Below, in pieces: positions 49,928 through 60,120 of a stretch of DNA of 64,000 bases. The notes below the pieces were generated by a model. It saw only the letters and a program-made list of their open reading frames with translations, had not been told where the DNA came from and did no database searches. Within the stretch, counting starts at the first letter, position 1. Each line of letters begins with the position of its first letter. The stretch is taken from the UHGV virus genome UHGV-2031204. One strand, 5' to 3'. The position numbers were made by a program, and so were the translations under genes. Origin of the DNA: a virus.

Positions 49928-52444
49928 ATGGAGAACTGGCTGGTCGCCCACGCCATCCAAAAAGCGTGGCAGCGTCCATATCTTGACGGGGTGCTCAACA
50001 TCGCACCCTTCCGTCTTTCACCCAAGACCGGGGCGATCGGCTTTTTCAAACACGGTCGGATTCCGGTCGCTTTACCGAAAGAGAATTCGTGGTGGCACGC
50101 CTATGCGGTGGACAAACTTCACGTAAACTGGGGGAATCTTGCTATCCCCCTAAACCGTTGGAAGAAACTGTCCACTTGCGTAAACGGCTTTAGCACCTGG
50201 ATTCAGGTCTACAACGAAAACGGAACGACGATTCCTTCCGAATACGTTTATTTCTACCGTAACAGTGCGGGAATGGTTTACATGGCTATTCCGCAATCCG
50301 ATCGGTATGCCTGGTTGGACAACGATCCTTGTTACCTGCGAATTTATCCTGGTTACAACGGGGGTGAAAACGCGCCGTACATCAACCCGACGACCGTCGA
50401 GTTTTATTCACCGCCGAATCGTGAACAGGTCCAAAGGGTCATCGATCGGTTTAATTACCTGAAACAACAAAACAAAGGGTACGTTGAGTTCTGGTTAAAC
50501 GGTGAACTTATCGACTCCCCGAAACCTGCGGATATTAAAACGTGGGATGATATCGACATCCGCGTCGACGGTCGTGTTCGTCGTGTTGTAGAGTTTCGCT
50601 GTGGCGACTTACAAACGTTTATGTCCAAACTGGATAGCAAACGAAAATACTTACTCCATATCCCGAAAAAAGATGGCATCTGGATTTTTAACAACGATGC
50701 GGAGATCCAGCTTTATTGGAAAGGTCGGGGACGTTATTACCATCGTCACCGCCACCAGGCGTTACGCCAGCTAACATGGAACGACTTATCAATCCCGACT
50801 GAACGCATTGCAAAATATCGCAACGTTTTTACCGGTTCAATCACCGACCTAGACGATCTGGTCATCAGGCTGATTATTCGCGATGACTATCTGGATATTG
50901 CGCCGTTGTTTAACTCATCGCACATACACGATTTATACCGATTATCAGATGACCTGATTATCGACGCGATGATCGGTGCGAATGCGAACGTAACAGAGTG
51001 GCAGGCTGCTAATCTGGAACAAGCTGCTTTTAACCGACTGGCAGCGGCTAAGCTTGAGAATATTACGCGCGATTTGTGTACTGATGCCTACGGTTACAAC
51101 GCTGTAAGTCGTTATGCTGCAGATACCCCTCAGCGTCTTACGTTAACGGAAGGAGGGTACCGCGCCACCTTACCTGCGTTATTGGCAACCAACTCGACTG
51201 TGTACGAGTACGACGGCGATGGTTTGCTGTTAGAGGCGCATCAAAACCGTGGTTACGACGTATACCAAGCACGCAACCCCAACACCAGAATTATCGAGGC
51301 GATTGAAGGCGACAAAGCCGAGACAGTAACTATCGTTGATAACGCCGACGATTTCGAGATTCAGGAAGGTCAAAACGTTAACTTGTGGCTGCGTAAGGTT
51401 ATTGATGATATTCCACGAGACGAATATCTGAAGGCAGTGGAAGGGACGGATTACACCCGTGAAGGTAATAGCATTACCTGGACTGTGGACCGTACTCGTC
51501 GTCACCCTACGGTGATTTACGACGATCGCCATCTGTATTTCGAAATCGATGTGGCAGTCAGAGAAGGGGAGATTCGTATTCCTATTCTGGCCCGAAACCA
51601 AGAAGGTAAACAACGCACACTCTGGATTCCGATGGAAACCGTCGAAGTGTGGTTAAACGGGCACCCTCTGGTACACGGTATCGATTATCATGTCATTTGG
51701 CCAGAAATCGTTGTAGTCTGTAAAGCGTGGATGAGTGATTCCGATGAAAACCGCATCGCAGTGCGTTGTCGTGGGGTCACTGGTGAACTTCGTATTCCGA
51801 AACACGGTTTCGTCTCGAGTGGCCTGTTATCAAATAACAACCAATTTGATTGTCGCGACGACAAAGTTATTCGTGTCGTTGCTGGCGGTTCCTTGCTATT
51901 GCGCGACGAGGTAGTGTTCCGCGAGGACAACACGGTAGGTGTCAAAATTGTTGATGATGGTTATCCCTACTCTGTCGACGACCCTACAATACCGTTGCGT
52001 ACACTGGTAACGGGGAACACGTATGCGCTCAGGGACGTAGCTCGTGACCTGGATAGCCGTGTAGAAAATTACATGACTAACTGGTTCCCGACACCGCCTC
52101 CACAGAACCCGGTGCCTTTACCGCACTTGTATCACCTTTATTCACCTACGTTGAATAAAATCCTGTGGGACTACTTACAGGGTGTTCTCACCCTCGTGGA
52201 AGACGATCCAGATTATCGTATTTCAACAACACAGTTGGATGAGATTATGGAGCGGTATAAAGACCTGCTTCCGTTCGACCCCGCGTACATCGGTTACGAT
52301 AAAGCGTTTGTCAAGCTCCATCCGCATGTGAAATACCAAACCGTGGAAGTTAACGAACTCGGGTTCGCGTTTTTGGATCGCGTTAACGAGCGGTATCTGA
52401 ATGGTGAAGTTCAGCTGAACCAGTATCTGAAAATCAAGGGTTAA
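49928..52444 (+). CDS. hypothetical large structural protein
   Basis: 838-aa ORF upstream of the terminase. Confidence 0.55.
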   Translation: MENWLVAHAIQKAWQRPYLDGVLNIAPFRLSPKTGAIGFFKHGRIPVALPKENSWWHAYAVDKLHVNWGNLAIPLNRWKKLSTCVNGFSTWIQVYNENGTTIPSEYVYFYRNSAGMVYMAIPQSDRYAWLDNDPCYLRIYPGYNGGENAPYINPTTVEFYSPPNREQVQRVIDRFNYLKQQNKGYVEFWLNGELIDSPKPADIKTWDDIDIRVDGRVRRVVEFRCGDLQTFMSKLDSKRKYLLHIPKKDGIWIFNNDAEIQLYWKGRGRYYHRHRHQALRQLTWNDLSIPTERIAKYRNVFTGSITDLDDLVIRLIIRDDYLDIAPLFNSSHIHDLYRLSDDLIIDAMIGANANVTEWQAANLEQAAFNRLAAAKLENITRDLCTDAYGYNAVSRYAADTPQRLTLTEGGYRATLPALLATNSTVYEYDGDGLLLEAHQNRGYDVYQARNPNTRIIEAIEGDKAETVTIVDNADDFEIQEGQNVNLWLRKVIDDIPRDEYLKAVEGTDYTREGNSITWTVDRTRRHPTVIYDDRHLYFEIDVAVREGEIRIPILARNQEGKQRTLWIPMETVEVWLNGHPLVHGIDYHVIWPEIVVVCKAWMSDSDENRIAVRCRGVTGELRIPKHGFVSSGLLSNNNQFDCRDDKVIRVVAGGSLLLRDEVVFREDNTVGVKIVDDGYPYSVDDPTIPLRTLVTGNTYALRDVARDLDSRVENYMTNWFPTPPPQNPVPLPHLYHLYSPTLNKILWDYLQGVLTLVEDDPDYRISTTQLDEIMERYKDLLPFDPAYIGYDKAFVKLHPHVKYQTVEVNELGFAFLDRVNERYLNGEVQLNQYLKIKG

Positions 52445-52446
52445 TC

Positions 52447-54087
52447 ATGGCCTTAACAACCGACATTATTAATAAGGATCGCGGGTTCCGTGTATGGCGT
52501 CCTGAAGAACTCTATGCGCCGGAACGCCCAACCGGATACGTACCGAACCCGAAAGATCTGATCGTTAACGATATCACCTCCGGTTTCGATATCGTCATAA
52601 GCGTTAACTACGCCAAACCATCGTGGGAAACCGAACCGTGGGGCGGTGTAGGGGTGGCTAATCAAGACGGTCGTCTGAACGGGCACTACCCACTGCGTAG
52701 CGATAAATATCGCGTCTACGTGGATTCTACGAAGCTCCCGGCAACGATGGTGTTAGATAACGCCCTCACCTTTGAAGGACCGGATGTGGACGGGGTGCGC
52801 ATTTTCCGAGGCAGTAAAGTTGACGACAGTGCGGAAATACTCTCCGGCTACTACAAAGACGGTAAATTGAAATACACTTACTTACCGGTCCAGACGATTT
52901 CTGTCGAAGGTGCAGAGCGTGTCGTTAAACAAACGTTACCTGGCGCTTGCTTAGCTGAGGTCGAGAACGGTGAAGAATGTATGTTCGCTGTTTACTCCGA
53001 CGTCGGTAACGTGGTACAAATCGGTCACGCGCACATTATCAAAACGAACCTGGTAATGCCGCAAGAAACACCAGCTCGTACTGTGTTGGGTATTAAGTTA
53101 GTGTCGCCGTTCTTGGTAGACAACGACGGCACCACACTGACGCTGCCGATCAACATGCCAATCGAATCTATACCGCTTTGGTGTGATGTTGTTTACAGCG
53201 ATGGCACAAAACGTCTACCTATCGACCAAGCTCGTGTGAAATTCAACGGATTACGTAACGCAGGTTCACACGACACGTTCTACATCGCTTCTAACTCAGG
53301 CAACACGCTGCCATGCGTACTGAGCTATAAGTTATCCAGAGGTGAAACTTACGGGGGTACCGATGTCGTAGGTGACACCATTGTGAAAAACTATACGGCG
53401 GTAACAGAGCAGGTCGACGGTGCCTACAGCATGAAACTTTTCGTTGTGCCGAGATGGCTGGATGCCACACGCGGTTATCGTCTGGACTTCTTGCTGTATA
53501 ACCTGACACGCGGTAAAGTTTACGATGCAACCGCGCACGTTAACTACACCACGGGCACGACCTTCGATCCGTTACTGATGGGTGTTAAACAACGCCTTAA
53601 CGTTCAGGTCGATATCAGTAAAGTAGACAGTAAATTCCGTGCGTTTATTCAGTCTCAGTCATTCGCTATTACGCTTGTGAACCCAGGTAACGAACTGAAC
53701 TCGAACTTCATTCTGGAATACCTCCCAGACGGTATGAAGTATGGGGAAAACGTGTGGGCGGAATTTAAATACTCCAACGTCAATTATTCTGAAATCGACG
53801 TCAGTAACAAAGTGGCCTCTAAGGCAGAATGGTTGAAGCTGTTGTACGAACCGATTTATCCGTTGTACGACCGCCGTAATGAATCAGAGCCACCTGAACC
53901 AACACACTTCGAAATCCACGTCGGGGGTAAAGTTTACACCTATAGCGTAGATGAGTGGTTGGATAAAAAGGTTATCGACTACCGCGTACCGCTGGACGCT
54001 CCGCTAGTGATTCGTTGGATACGTCGCACACCAACAGATACGTTAAACTTAGCCGCGTCGCCAATGTTGGCGCACCACATCGAATAA
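52447..54087 (+). CDS. hypothetical structural protein
   Basis: 546-aa ORF upstream of the terminase. Confidence 0.55.
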   Translation: MALTTDIINKDRGFRVWRPEELYAPERPTGYVPNPKDLIVNDITSGFDIVISVNYAKPSWETEPWGGVGVANQDGRLNGHYPLRSDKYRVYVDSTKLPATMVLDNALTFEGPDVDGVRIFRGSKVDDSAEILSGYYKDGKLKYTYLPVQTISVEGAERVVKQTLPGACLAEVENGEECMFAVYSDVGNVVQIGHAHIIKTNLVMPQETPARTVLGIKLVSPFLVDNDGTTLTLPINMPIESIPLWCDVVYSDGTKRLPIDQARVKFNGLRNAGSHDTFYIASNSGNTLPCVLSYKLSRGETYGGTDVVGDTIVKNYTAVTEQVDGAYSMKLFVVPRWLDATRGYRLDFLLYNLTRGKVYDATAHVNYTTGTTFDPLLMGVKQRLNVQVDISKVDSKFRAFIQSQSFAITLVNPGNELNSNFILEYLPDGMKYGENVWAEFKYSNVNYSEIDVSNKVASKAEWLKLLYEPIYPLYDRRNESEPPEPTHFEIHVGGKVYTYSVDEWLDKKVIDYRVPLDAPLVIRWIRRTPTDTLNLAASPMLAHHIE

Positions 54088-54097
54088 ATATAACAAG

Positions 54098-54121
54098 CCT
54101 CCTACCCGAAAGGGTAGGAGG
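54098..54121 (+). promoter_or_regulatory. intergenic stem-loop without U-tract, overlapping RBS of terminase gene
   Basis: CCTCCTACCC/GGGTAGGAGG stem, GAAA loop, then GAGGAG and ATG 54134. Confidence 0.4.
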
Positions 54122-54133
54122 TGAGGAGTCTGT

Positions 54134-56242
54134 ATGATACTACGTGAATCGGACTGGCGTTATTATCCAGGCGCTATTGTTGACGATAAAACCACAAACA
54201 AATCGTTTATCAAGTTTGCAAATATCCTAAAAAAGCTGGGTGTAAAGCACTATTATATTCATCTCGCCTTACATAACCCTTTACTGCAAGGGGTCGATCC
54301 TTTTGACGAAAACCTAACGGACGAACAGAAAGCGTACATCGCCATCGAGTGTGCTGAAAACCCTTGGTACTGGTTTCGAGAGTGCGTCAGGGTACCTGCG
54401 GACGGTATGAAATACGGGTCGCCGTTCCGTATCGACCGTGGTAACTTTTCGATGTATTGGATTTTCTTCAACAACATCGACGCCGCCGTCGAATTCCTCC
54501 GTCAGCACGGTAAAACCGTCGGGATGAGCGGATTACTGCTGTGGTTAATTCGGTTTCTGGAAAACTCTCGTACGATTCTTATCACAAAAGGACCGGCACT
54601 GCGTGAAGAAACCATTAACAAACTTAAGCAACTACGTAACGGTCTACCGTCGTACTTGTGGCCAGCACATCCAGACGATCCAGATAACCGCGAAACTTTT
54701 GCGTGTTTAGCCCAGGGTAACAAACTGATTACGGGCATCGGCCAAAACGACCCAGAATCAGCTAACGGTATCGGTCGTGGACTCACCGCTGGTCGTCTGT
54801 TCTCGGACGAAGGACCCTTTACCAAAAACGTACACCACATTCTACCGGCAGCGCTGGCATCCGGTACAGCTGCACGTCGTATTAACGAAGCGGAAGGTGT
54901 TCCTTACGGCAACGTATTCGCAACAACCCCGGGTGACTTAGCGACGGAAGAAGGCAAGTACATGTACGAGCTGATGACGTCAGGGATTATGTGGGATGAG
55001 CGCTATATCGACATTCCAACCCGTAAACAGCTCATTGACATCATCCGTTCTAACTCCACGGCAGAAGTCCCACGTATCATGTTCTACGTGAAGTACAACC
55101 ACCGCCAGCTCGGTACCAGCGATGAGCAATTAGCGGCAATGATTGCGAACGCCAAAGGTACTCCTGACCAGATCCGTCGTGACTTCGGGGGTGAATGGAC
55201 GACCGGTGGCTTGAACAAGCCGTTCTCAGCGGAAGATGCAGATCGTATGAATGCTTCCCGTATGCGTGCTGTGTTTAAAGATATTTCACCACAAAACTAC
55301 GTTACCGACTGGTACTACACCGAAGAGGAGATGATGACGAAGCTCAAAGACCGACACGTCATCGGGTTGGATACCTCTGAGGCTGTGGGTCGAGACGCGA
55401 TCGCCATGTCTATTGTTAACTCTGTGACCGCAGAGTACGCAGGTAAATTAACCGTTAACGAATCTAACGTTATCTCTTTCGCGATTCATTTAGCGGATTT
55501 TATGGTGCGATATCCTAACACGGTACTAATCCTGGAACGGCGGTCTACTGGCTCGTCTGTGGCTGATGCGATTATCCTGCAGTTACAGTCTCGTGTCACG
55601 GACTTACATCGTCGTTTATTTGTGAGAATCACTCAGGACTACTCACGTACGGACGATCTCTACAAAGAGTATCACCGTGGGCCTATTGGTAACGCTGAGA
55701 AGTTCTGGAATAAATTCCGTAAATATATCGGTTTCTCAACCGACCAGGAAAAACGTCGTAAACTGTACGGTGAGGTATTCACCACGGCGTTGCGCTTATC
55801 CGCGGATAAACTCCGTTGCGGAGAACTCATCGACCAGATACTTAACCTCGTGGAGAAAAATGGTCGTATTGACCACAAAGCTTCAGGTCATGACGACCTC
55901 GTGATTTCTTGGTTACTTGCGATGTGGTTATTGCTGCTTGGGAATAACCTGGGGCATTATGAAATCAACAACAGTCGATTGATGATGCGCAATCGTAATT
56001 TAGTCGAAAATCGTGAAGGGGTGGATGAGGAATTACAACTCGAGGAGGAGGCGCGACAGCAGGAACTGATGGGGGAAATTGAGCGTCTTGTGCGAACCAC
56101 AAACGGGTTATTAGACCCGGTTCAAGCAATGGCTGCTCGTAACCGTCTCCAGTCCCTCATTGCTCAACTTAACACTGATACACAAAACGTGGCGTCAATG
56201 GAAAGCTTGAGAGAGCTTATCCAACGCCAGAGGATGAAGTGA
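54134..56242 (+). CDS. terminase large subunit
   Basis: P-loop RQHGKTVG; nuclease-type motifs GLDTSEAVGRDAIA and HKASGHDDLVISWLLAMW. Confidence 0.7.
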   Translation: MILRESDWRYYPGAIVDDKTTNKSFIKFANILKKLGVKHYYIHLALHNPLLQGVDPFDENLTDEQKAYIAIECAENPWYWFRECVRVPADGMKYGSPFRIDRGNFSMYWIFFNNIDAAVEFLRQHGKTVGMSGLLLWLIRFLENSRTILITKGPALREETINKLKQLRNGLPSYLWPAHPDDPDNRETFACLAQGNKLITGIGQNDPESANGIGRGLTAGRLFSDEGPFTKNVHHILPAALASGTAARRINEAEGVPYGNVFATTPGDLATEEGKYMYELMTSGIMWDERYIDIPTRKQLIDIIRSNSTAEVPRIMFYVKYNHRQLGTSDEQLAAMIANAKGTPDQIRRDFGGEWTTGGLNKPFSAEDADRMNASRMRAVFKDISPQNYVTDWYYTEEEMMTKLKDRHVIGLDTSEAVGRDAIAMSIVNSVTAEYAGKLTVNESNVISFAIHLADFMVRYPNTVLILERRSTGSSVADAIILQLQSRVTDLHRRLFVRITQDYSRTDDLYKEYHRGPIGNAEKFWNKFRKYIGFSTDQEKRRKLYGEVFTTALRLSADKLRCGELIDQILNLVEKNGRIDHKASGHDDLVISWLLAMWLLLLGNNLGHYEINNSRLMMRNRNLVENREGVDEELQLEEEARQQELMGEIERLVRTTNGLLDPVQAMAARNRLQSLIAQLNTDTQNVASMESLRELIQRQRMK

Positions 56243-56478
56243 TGGCTCCAATTTACTATTTACTTGTGTTCTTTTCGTGGATAGCGACGTATAAAATGAT
56301 CCGCGAGAGTTACCAAGCGATAAAACAATACGGACGTTCGCAAGGTTTCCCACTACGAAAAACACGGTATGTACAGGCATTTGCAGTATTTGGCCTGATG
56401 GTAGCAGGTTCGTCAGCTACCTATGCGCTAAATATGGTCTACTCTATACACCTCGTGGTAATGTCAGGGCCCCATTGA
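56239..56478 (+). CDS. small membrane protein (two predicted helices)
   Basis: ATG overlaps the terminase stop; hydrophobic segments YYLLVFFSWIA and FAVFGLMVAGSSATYALNMV. Confidence 0.4.
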   Translation: MMAPIYYLLVFFSWIATYKMIRESYQAIKQYGRSQGFPLRKTRYVQAFAVFGLMVAGSSATYALNMVYSIHLVVMSGPH

Positions 56479-56496
56479 ACCCAGCTAAAATAAACT

Positions 56497-56538
56497 AGCC
56501 AGTAACCCTAACGGGTTACTGGCTAACTCTTTTTTATT
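56497..56538. terminator. bidirectional terminator
   Basis: 12-bp stem AGCCAGTAACCC/GGGTTACTGGCT, TAAC loop, T-runs on both strands. Confidence 0.7.
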
Positions 56539-57910
56539 TCTGTAACGACCGGATTAAGAAATATAACAGCAACGCATTACGCAAAGCTGCTAACGCGGAT
56601 TCGTGACGGATGTGTGTTTCCTTCGCCGCCAGTTTCTCAATTCTCGACCGCAAGGATAACACGTACGGGTTCGGTGATTTCGATGCCTGATACAACGCAC
56701 GCATACGCTGCAACACCGTCACCGCATCGTTGAAGTTGATACGGTTGGTAACAATCTCATCAAAAGCGTGTGAGAGTGTATCCTCCATAATGCTATTGAT
56801 TTCATCACGCTTCTTACCGATTGGTAAACTGGCGATATAGGTCAGTAACGTTTTCAGCGCAGCAGGAGATGCTTTGGGCACCATTTCTAGCACCACACGA
56901 GCCAACTCTTCCTTGTACAGATTGTTAATGTCGTAAGACGCATCAAACAGATTCTGTTTTGCAATCTCTAGTGCACCGACTTTATCACGAATCACAGACT
57001 GCCCATCTAACTCGATGCGTGCAGACTGACTAACCACGCGAGTATTCTCACGACGTACACGATCGAGCACCGCGTAGTAGTCTTTCACGGTTTGTTTCGT
57101 ACGTGTATTTAAATCGGTGATATAACGCAGTACCAAGTCGGGAGTATCGAAACGTTTTACGGCGTCGTAGTTCGGGTATTCGGGCGAGCAGAAATACGTT
57201 GCACGTTCTGCCATGTGCAGCCCCCAGTTACCCAAACGACGAATATCGAATTTCATTGAGAGCATCGAATACGCCGCTTCTGCTGCGGGAAGATCAACCG
57301 GTTTCGGAAAGAAGTGATAGTAAATACTCGAGTAGAATTTAAACTGGAGTATCGTCACCAGATCGATGGCTGCAGCGAGGATTTCTTTGTCGCCAAACTT
57401 TGGAATCATCAGGTGCAGCAAATACACGATGGTCAGGTTATACGTATCACCCGCGACCTGCCAATCGGTATTAATCGACTGAGACTCTTTAATCAGTTCC
57501 GACAGATAATCTTCGTCAACGTTAATAACTTCATCGAACAGACGATTACGGTCTGAATCGAAAAAACGGATGCTGTGAACACCGAGGAGGTTCGACCCTA
57601 ACCACTCCACGTTACCTTCACGAGAGAGTATTCCGCTTACGTAGTGGCGCAACTTAGACGCCAATTTGCGATCAATCACGAGTTTATTAAACACGCCGTC
57701 AAACGCTTTACGTAAACGGTCGTCGCGACGGGCTTCGTGTGCAACAGAGAATCCCATCGGGACGTAGCCACCAAAACCGTAGTCGTAGTACAAACCCGAT
57801 GAGGTTTCCGCGCCATCGAAGAACGGATCACGGCCGAACGATTCCTGAGCGACGCGAGTTCCAGCTTTCTGGTAGCAGCCGGATGTAAAATCATAAACCA
57901 GTTCAGCCAT
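56534..57910 (-). CDS. hypothetical protein
   Basis: 458-aa minus-strand ORF. Confidence 0.55.
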   Translation of the reverse strand: MAELVYDFTSGCYQKAGTRVAQESFGRDPFFDGAETSSGLYYDYGFGGYVPMGFSVAHEARRDDRLRKAFDGVFNKLVIDRKLASKLRHYVSGILSREGNVEWLGSNLLGVHSIRFFDSDRNRLFDEVINVDEDYLSELIKESQSINTDWQVAGDTYNLTIVYLLHLMIPKFGDKEILAAAIDLVTILQFKFYSSIYYHFFPKPVDLPAAEAAYSMLSMKFDIRRLGNWGLHMAERATYFCSPEYPNYDAVKRFDTPDLVLRYITDLNTRTKQTVKDYYAVLDRVRRENTRVVSQSARIELDGQSVIRDKVGALEIAKQNLFDASYDINNLYKEELARVVLEMVPKASPAALKTLLTYIASLPIGKKRDEINSIMEDTLSHAFDEIVTNRINFNDAVTVLQRMRALYQASKSPNPYVLSLRSRIEKLAAKETHIRHESALAALRNALLLYFLIRSLQK

Positions 57911-57983
57911 TAGTGAACCTCGAAATAATTACGGATAGATATTATCCTAGTGAGAGTCTTATTCTACCTAAAGGAGTTTTAAA

Positions 57984-59108
57984 ATGAGAAATTACTTACG
58001 TAAACCCGTTTGGCACAGAATGCTGCGCGAAGGTACCATCGACCGAAATCAAAACGTCAAAATGTGGGTTCTTCCACACGGCGTAATTTGTGATTTAGTT
58101 CGTGTCGGTGGTATGGACATTTTGCGCAACGGTACCTACGATGCGGTCAACTCGTTTCTTGCACGCGAATTGGCAGAGGCAGGTTTACATGGCGAAATTC
58201 TGTTTTACACCACACGCGTTATTCCACAAACCCTGTCGAAATGGTTAACGTACTGGTTGTCTGGTGATCCTGACGCATCGGACCCAGAACTCAACTCAGT
58301 AACAATTACAACGTTGGGACAATACCCAACGAAACCGCTACCATTTCAGGTAAACGTAGTAGAGCCGTTAATTGTAAAAGCAGGTGACGTCTTCGACACG
58401 ATTAAAGCTAAATCCAGAAACCAAGCGGTTTCACAGTTCCTCGTAGAAACTGAAAATGAGGTGTTTCGCCTGGAACCCGTCCGTAAAACGGATGCCACGT
58501 TACTGGCAGTCACCGACTACGGTGTGGTGTGCCGTTCTACAGAAGGTCACACTTTCCTGTGTACAATTTTGTCTCGTCGTATACAAGCCCAGTTAGCGCA
58601 CTACAAACTGAGTTTGAACGACATCATCGGTACTACGTTACGCATCGAATACACGATGTACACCGATGGCAACAGGTTGTGTAACTACAAGTCACCTATC
58701 GCGTATCGAGCACTGGCGTTAGACAGTCTCGGTGATTGGGTTTCAACGACATACGATGGGCCTTCACCGTTTAAAACAATCCCGACACAACGGCCTGCGT
58801 TGCTGACGGTTACACGCTGCAATCGTGCTGAAATCTACGAGGAAAATGGGGTGATTTATGGCTTAGAACGTGAGACAGGATTAACGCTGTTTCGTTTCCG
58901 CCGAGGCCCAGAATACGGGCGTTACGCTGCCGTTTTCGAACGGGAAGGGGAACAAGAAACCTGGCTATTCGATTCCGATTTCTCGGTTGACGTTATCGAC
59001 CCTGAAGGGTTTATTGCTTCGGTCGGAAATCAGGTGTTCTACGCCACCGGTTACAGTTTGGTCGATGTGAAACTGTACTATCCGTCAAAAGAACTGACGA
59101 CTCTGTAA
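57984..59108 (+). CDS. hypothetical protein
   Basis: AAAGGAG RBS; strong terminator follows. Confidence 0.55.
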   Translation: MRNYLRKPVWHRMLREGTIDRNQNVKMWVLPHGVICDLVRVGGMDILRNGTYDAVNSFLARELAEAGLHGEILFYTTRVIPQTLSKWLTYWLSGDPDASDPELNSVTITTLGQYPTKPLPFQVNVVEPLIVKAGDVFDTIKAKSRNQAVSQFLVETENEVFRLEPVRKTDATLLAVTDYGVVCRSTEGHTFLCTILSRRIQAQLAHYKLSLNDIIGTTLRIEYTMYTDGNRLCNYKSPIAYRALALDSLGDWVSTTYDGPSPFKTIPTQRPALLTVTRCNRAEIYEENGVIYGLERETGLTLFRFRRGPEYGRYAAVFEREGEQETWLFDSDFSVDVIDPEGFIASVGNQVFYATGYSLVDVKLYYPSKELTTL

Positions 59109-59118
59109 AAAATATTCT

Positions 59119-59156
59119 GGGGAGACTTCGGTCTCCCCCGTTTTTATTTTTTTTTG
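59119..59156 (+). terminator. rho-independent terminator
   Basis: GGGGAGAC/GTCTCCCC stem, TTCG loop, long T-run. Confidence 0.8.
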
Positions 59157-59609
59157 CCCAAAATCAAAAAACGCGATGAGAGCGATTCTAACGCATTTTT
59201 CTTCCAGGTGGTACGTTCGTACCCCTTACCCACGTTTATCTCTCCAGAGAGCTTCCTACGAAGAATTTGAGGGTGTTTTGGTTGTGGGTTTTGAATTTAT
59301 TTTCACTCAACGCCATGAAACCGCGATTTTGTCGTTCGTGCTGTCACGCCAACCCCTATCCCTGGGTGGGACGAAAACCCACCCCATCGTAAAACGCTCT
59401 AAAACGCTTTTTGACGCAAAAATCTTCTCAAGGGGTACACTTGGGTACCCGAACCCCGTTTAATTCGTTACAGCTCGATTGAGAGCGTCTGAGGGGCATT
59501 CCCCTCGACCAGTTCCACCCCACCCTCGGGTCGGCGAACCGGCCGCCGCGACGATCAAAAAAACATTCACGCTTCGCGTACTAGCGGATCAGCTGGATTG
59601 ATCAACTTA

Positions 59610-59940
59610 CTGAATCTTCACACACTGAAGATTCAGGTTGAGTAGTTCTCTAGCTTTGGTTTTTTGATCTTTTAAAATTTTTAATACTCTTCGAGAGACT
59701 TAGTGTCTCTCGAATCGATCTTAAATTTTTAACTCTTTCAAAAATCTGATCTCAAGATCTCTTCCTTATACGCGTGTGCGCACGCACACGTATAGTATAA
59801 TATATTTATTTATAAATATATTATTCCTTTAGGATCAAAATAATAATACCTTTAGGTATTATTTAATTATATATTTTAATATATATTATATATAAATATA
59901 TATAAAACGCGCGCGATCCTTATTATGAGATCTGATCTCG
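59610..59940. repeat. repeat-rich AT-rich intergenic core (candidate origin/regulatory hub)
   Basis: IR 59610-59636 (11-bp arms); direct repeats GATCTTTTAAAATTTTTAATACTCTT 59666-59691 and GATCTTAAATTTTTAACTCTTT 59717-59737 flanking IR 59690-59714; quasi-palindrome 59767-59794; ~90% AT 59795-59907 with IR 59842-59863; CGCGCGCG 59908-59915. Confidence 0.5.
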
Positions 59941-60120
59941 CTATGACCCCCCTGAGGGGGTAGGGATCGGTGAGCGGTATTTTCCAGAAAAAACCGAAAA
60001 TCGTACCCGGGGTAATTCGCCAGGGTAAAATCCCCACCTGGGGGATCGGGTAGGGGTCTACCCCGAACACCTGACCGAGGGGTGTAAAACCCATTCCCCT
60101 TTTTCGAACGTTAAAACCCT

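Noticed and set aside
59176-59463. 95-codon ORF from the track immediately after the terminator
   Set aside because: No RBS, lies inside the repeat/hairpin-rich non-coding region, and the translation is low-complexity and Arg/Ser-rich; treated as non-coding.
59945-60100. GC hairpins (CCCCC-CTGA-GGGGG, TCCCCA..TGGGGGA) as rho-independent terminators
   Set aside because: None is followed by a U-tract; interpreted as part of the structured/repeat region.
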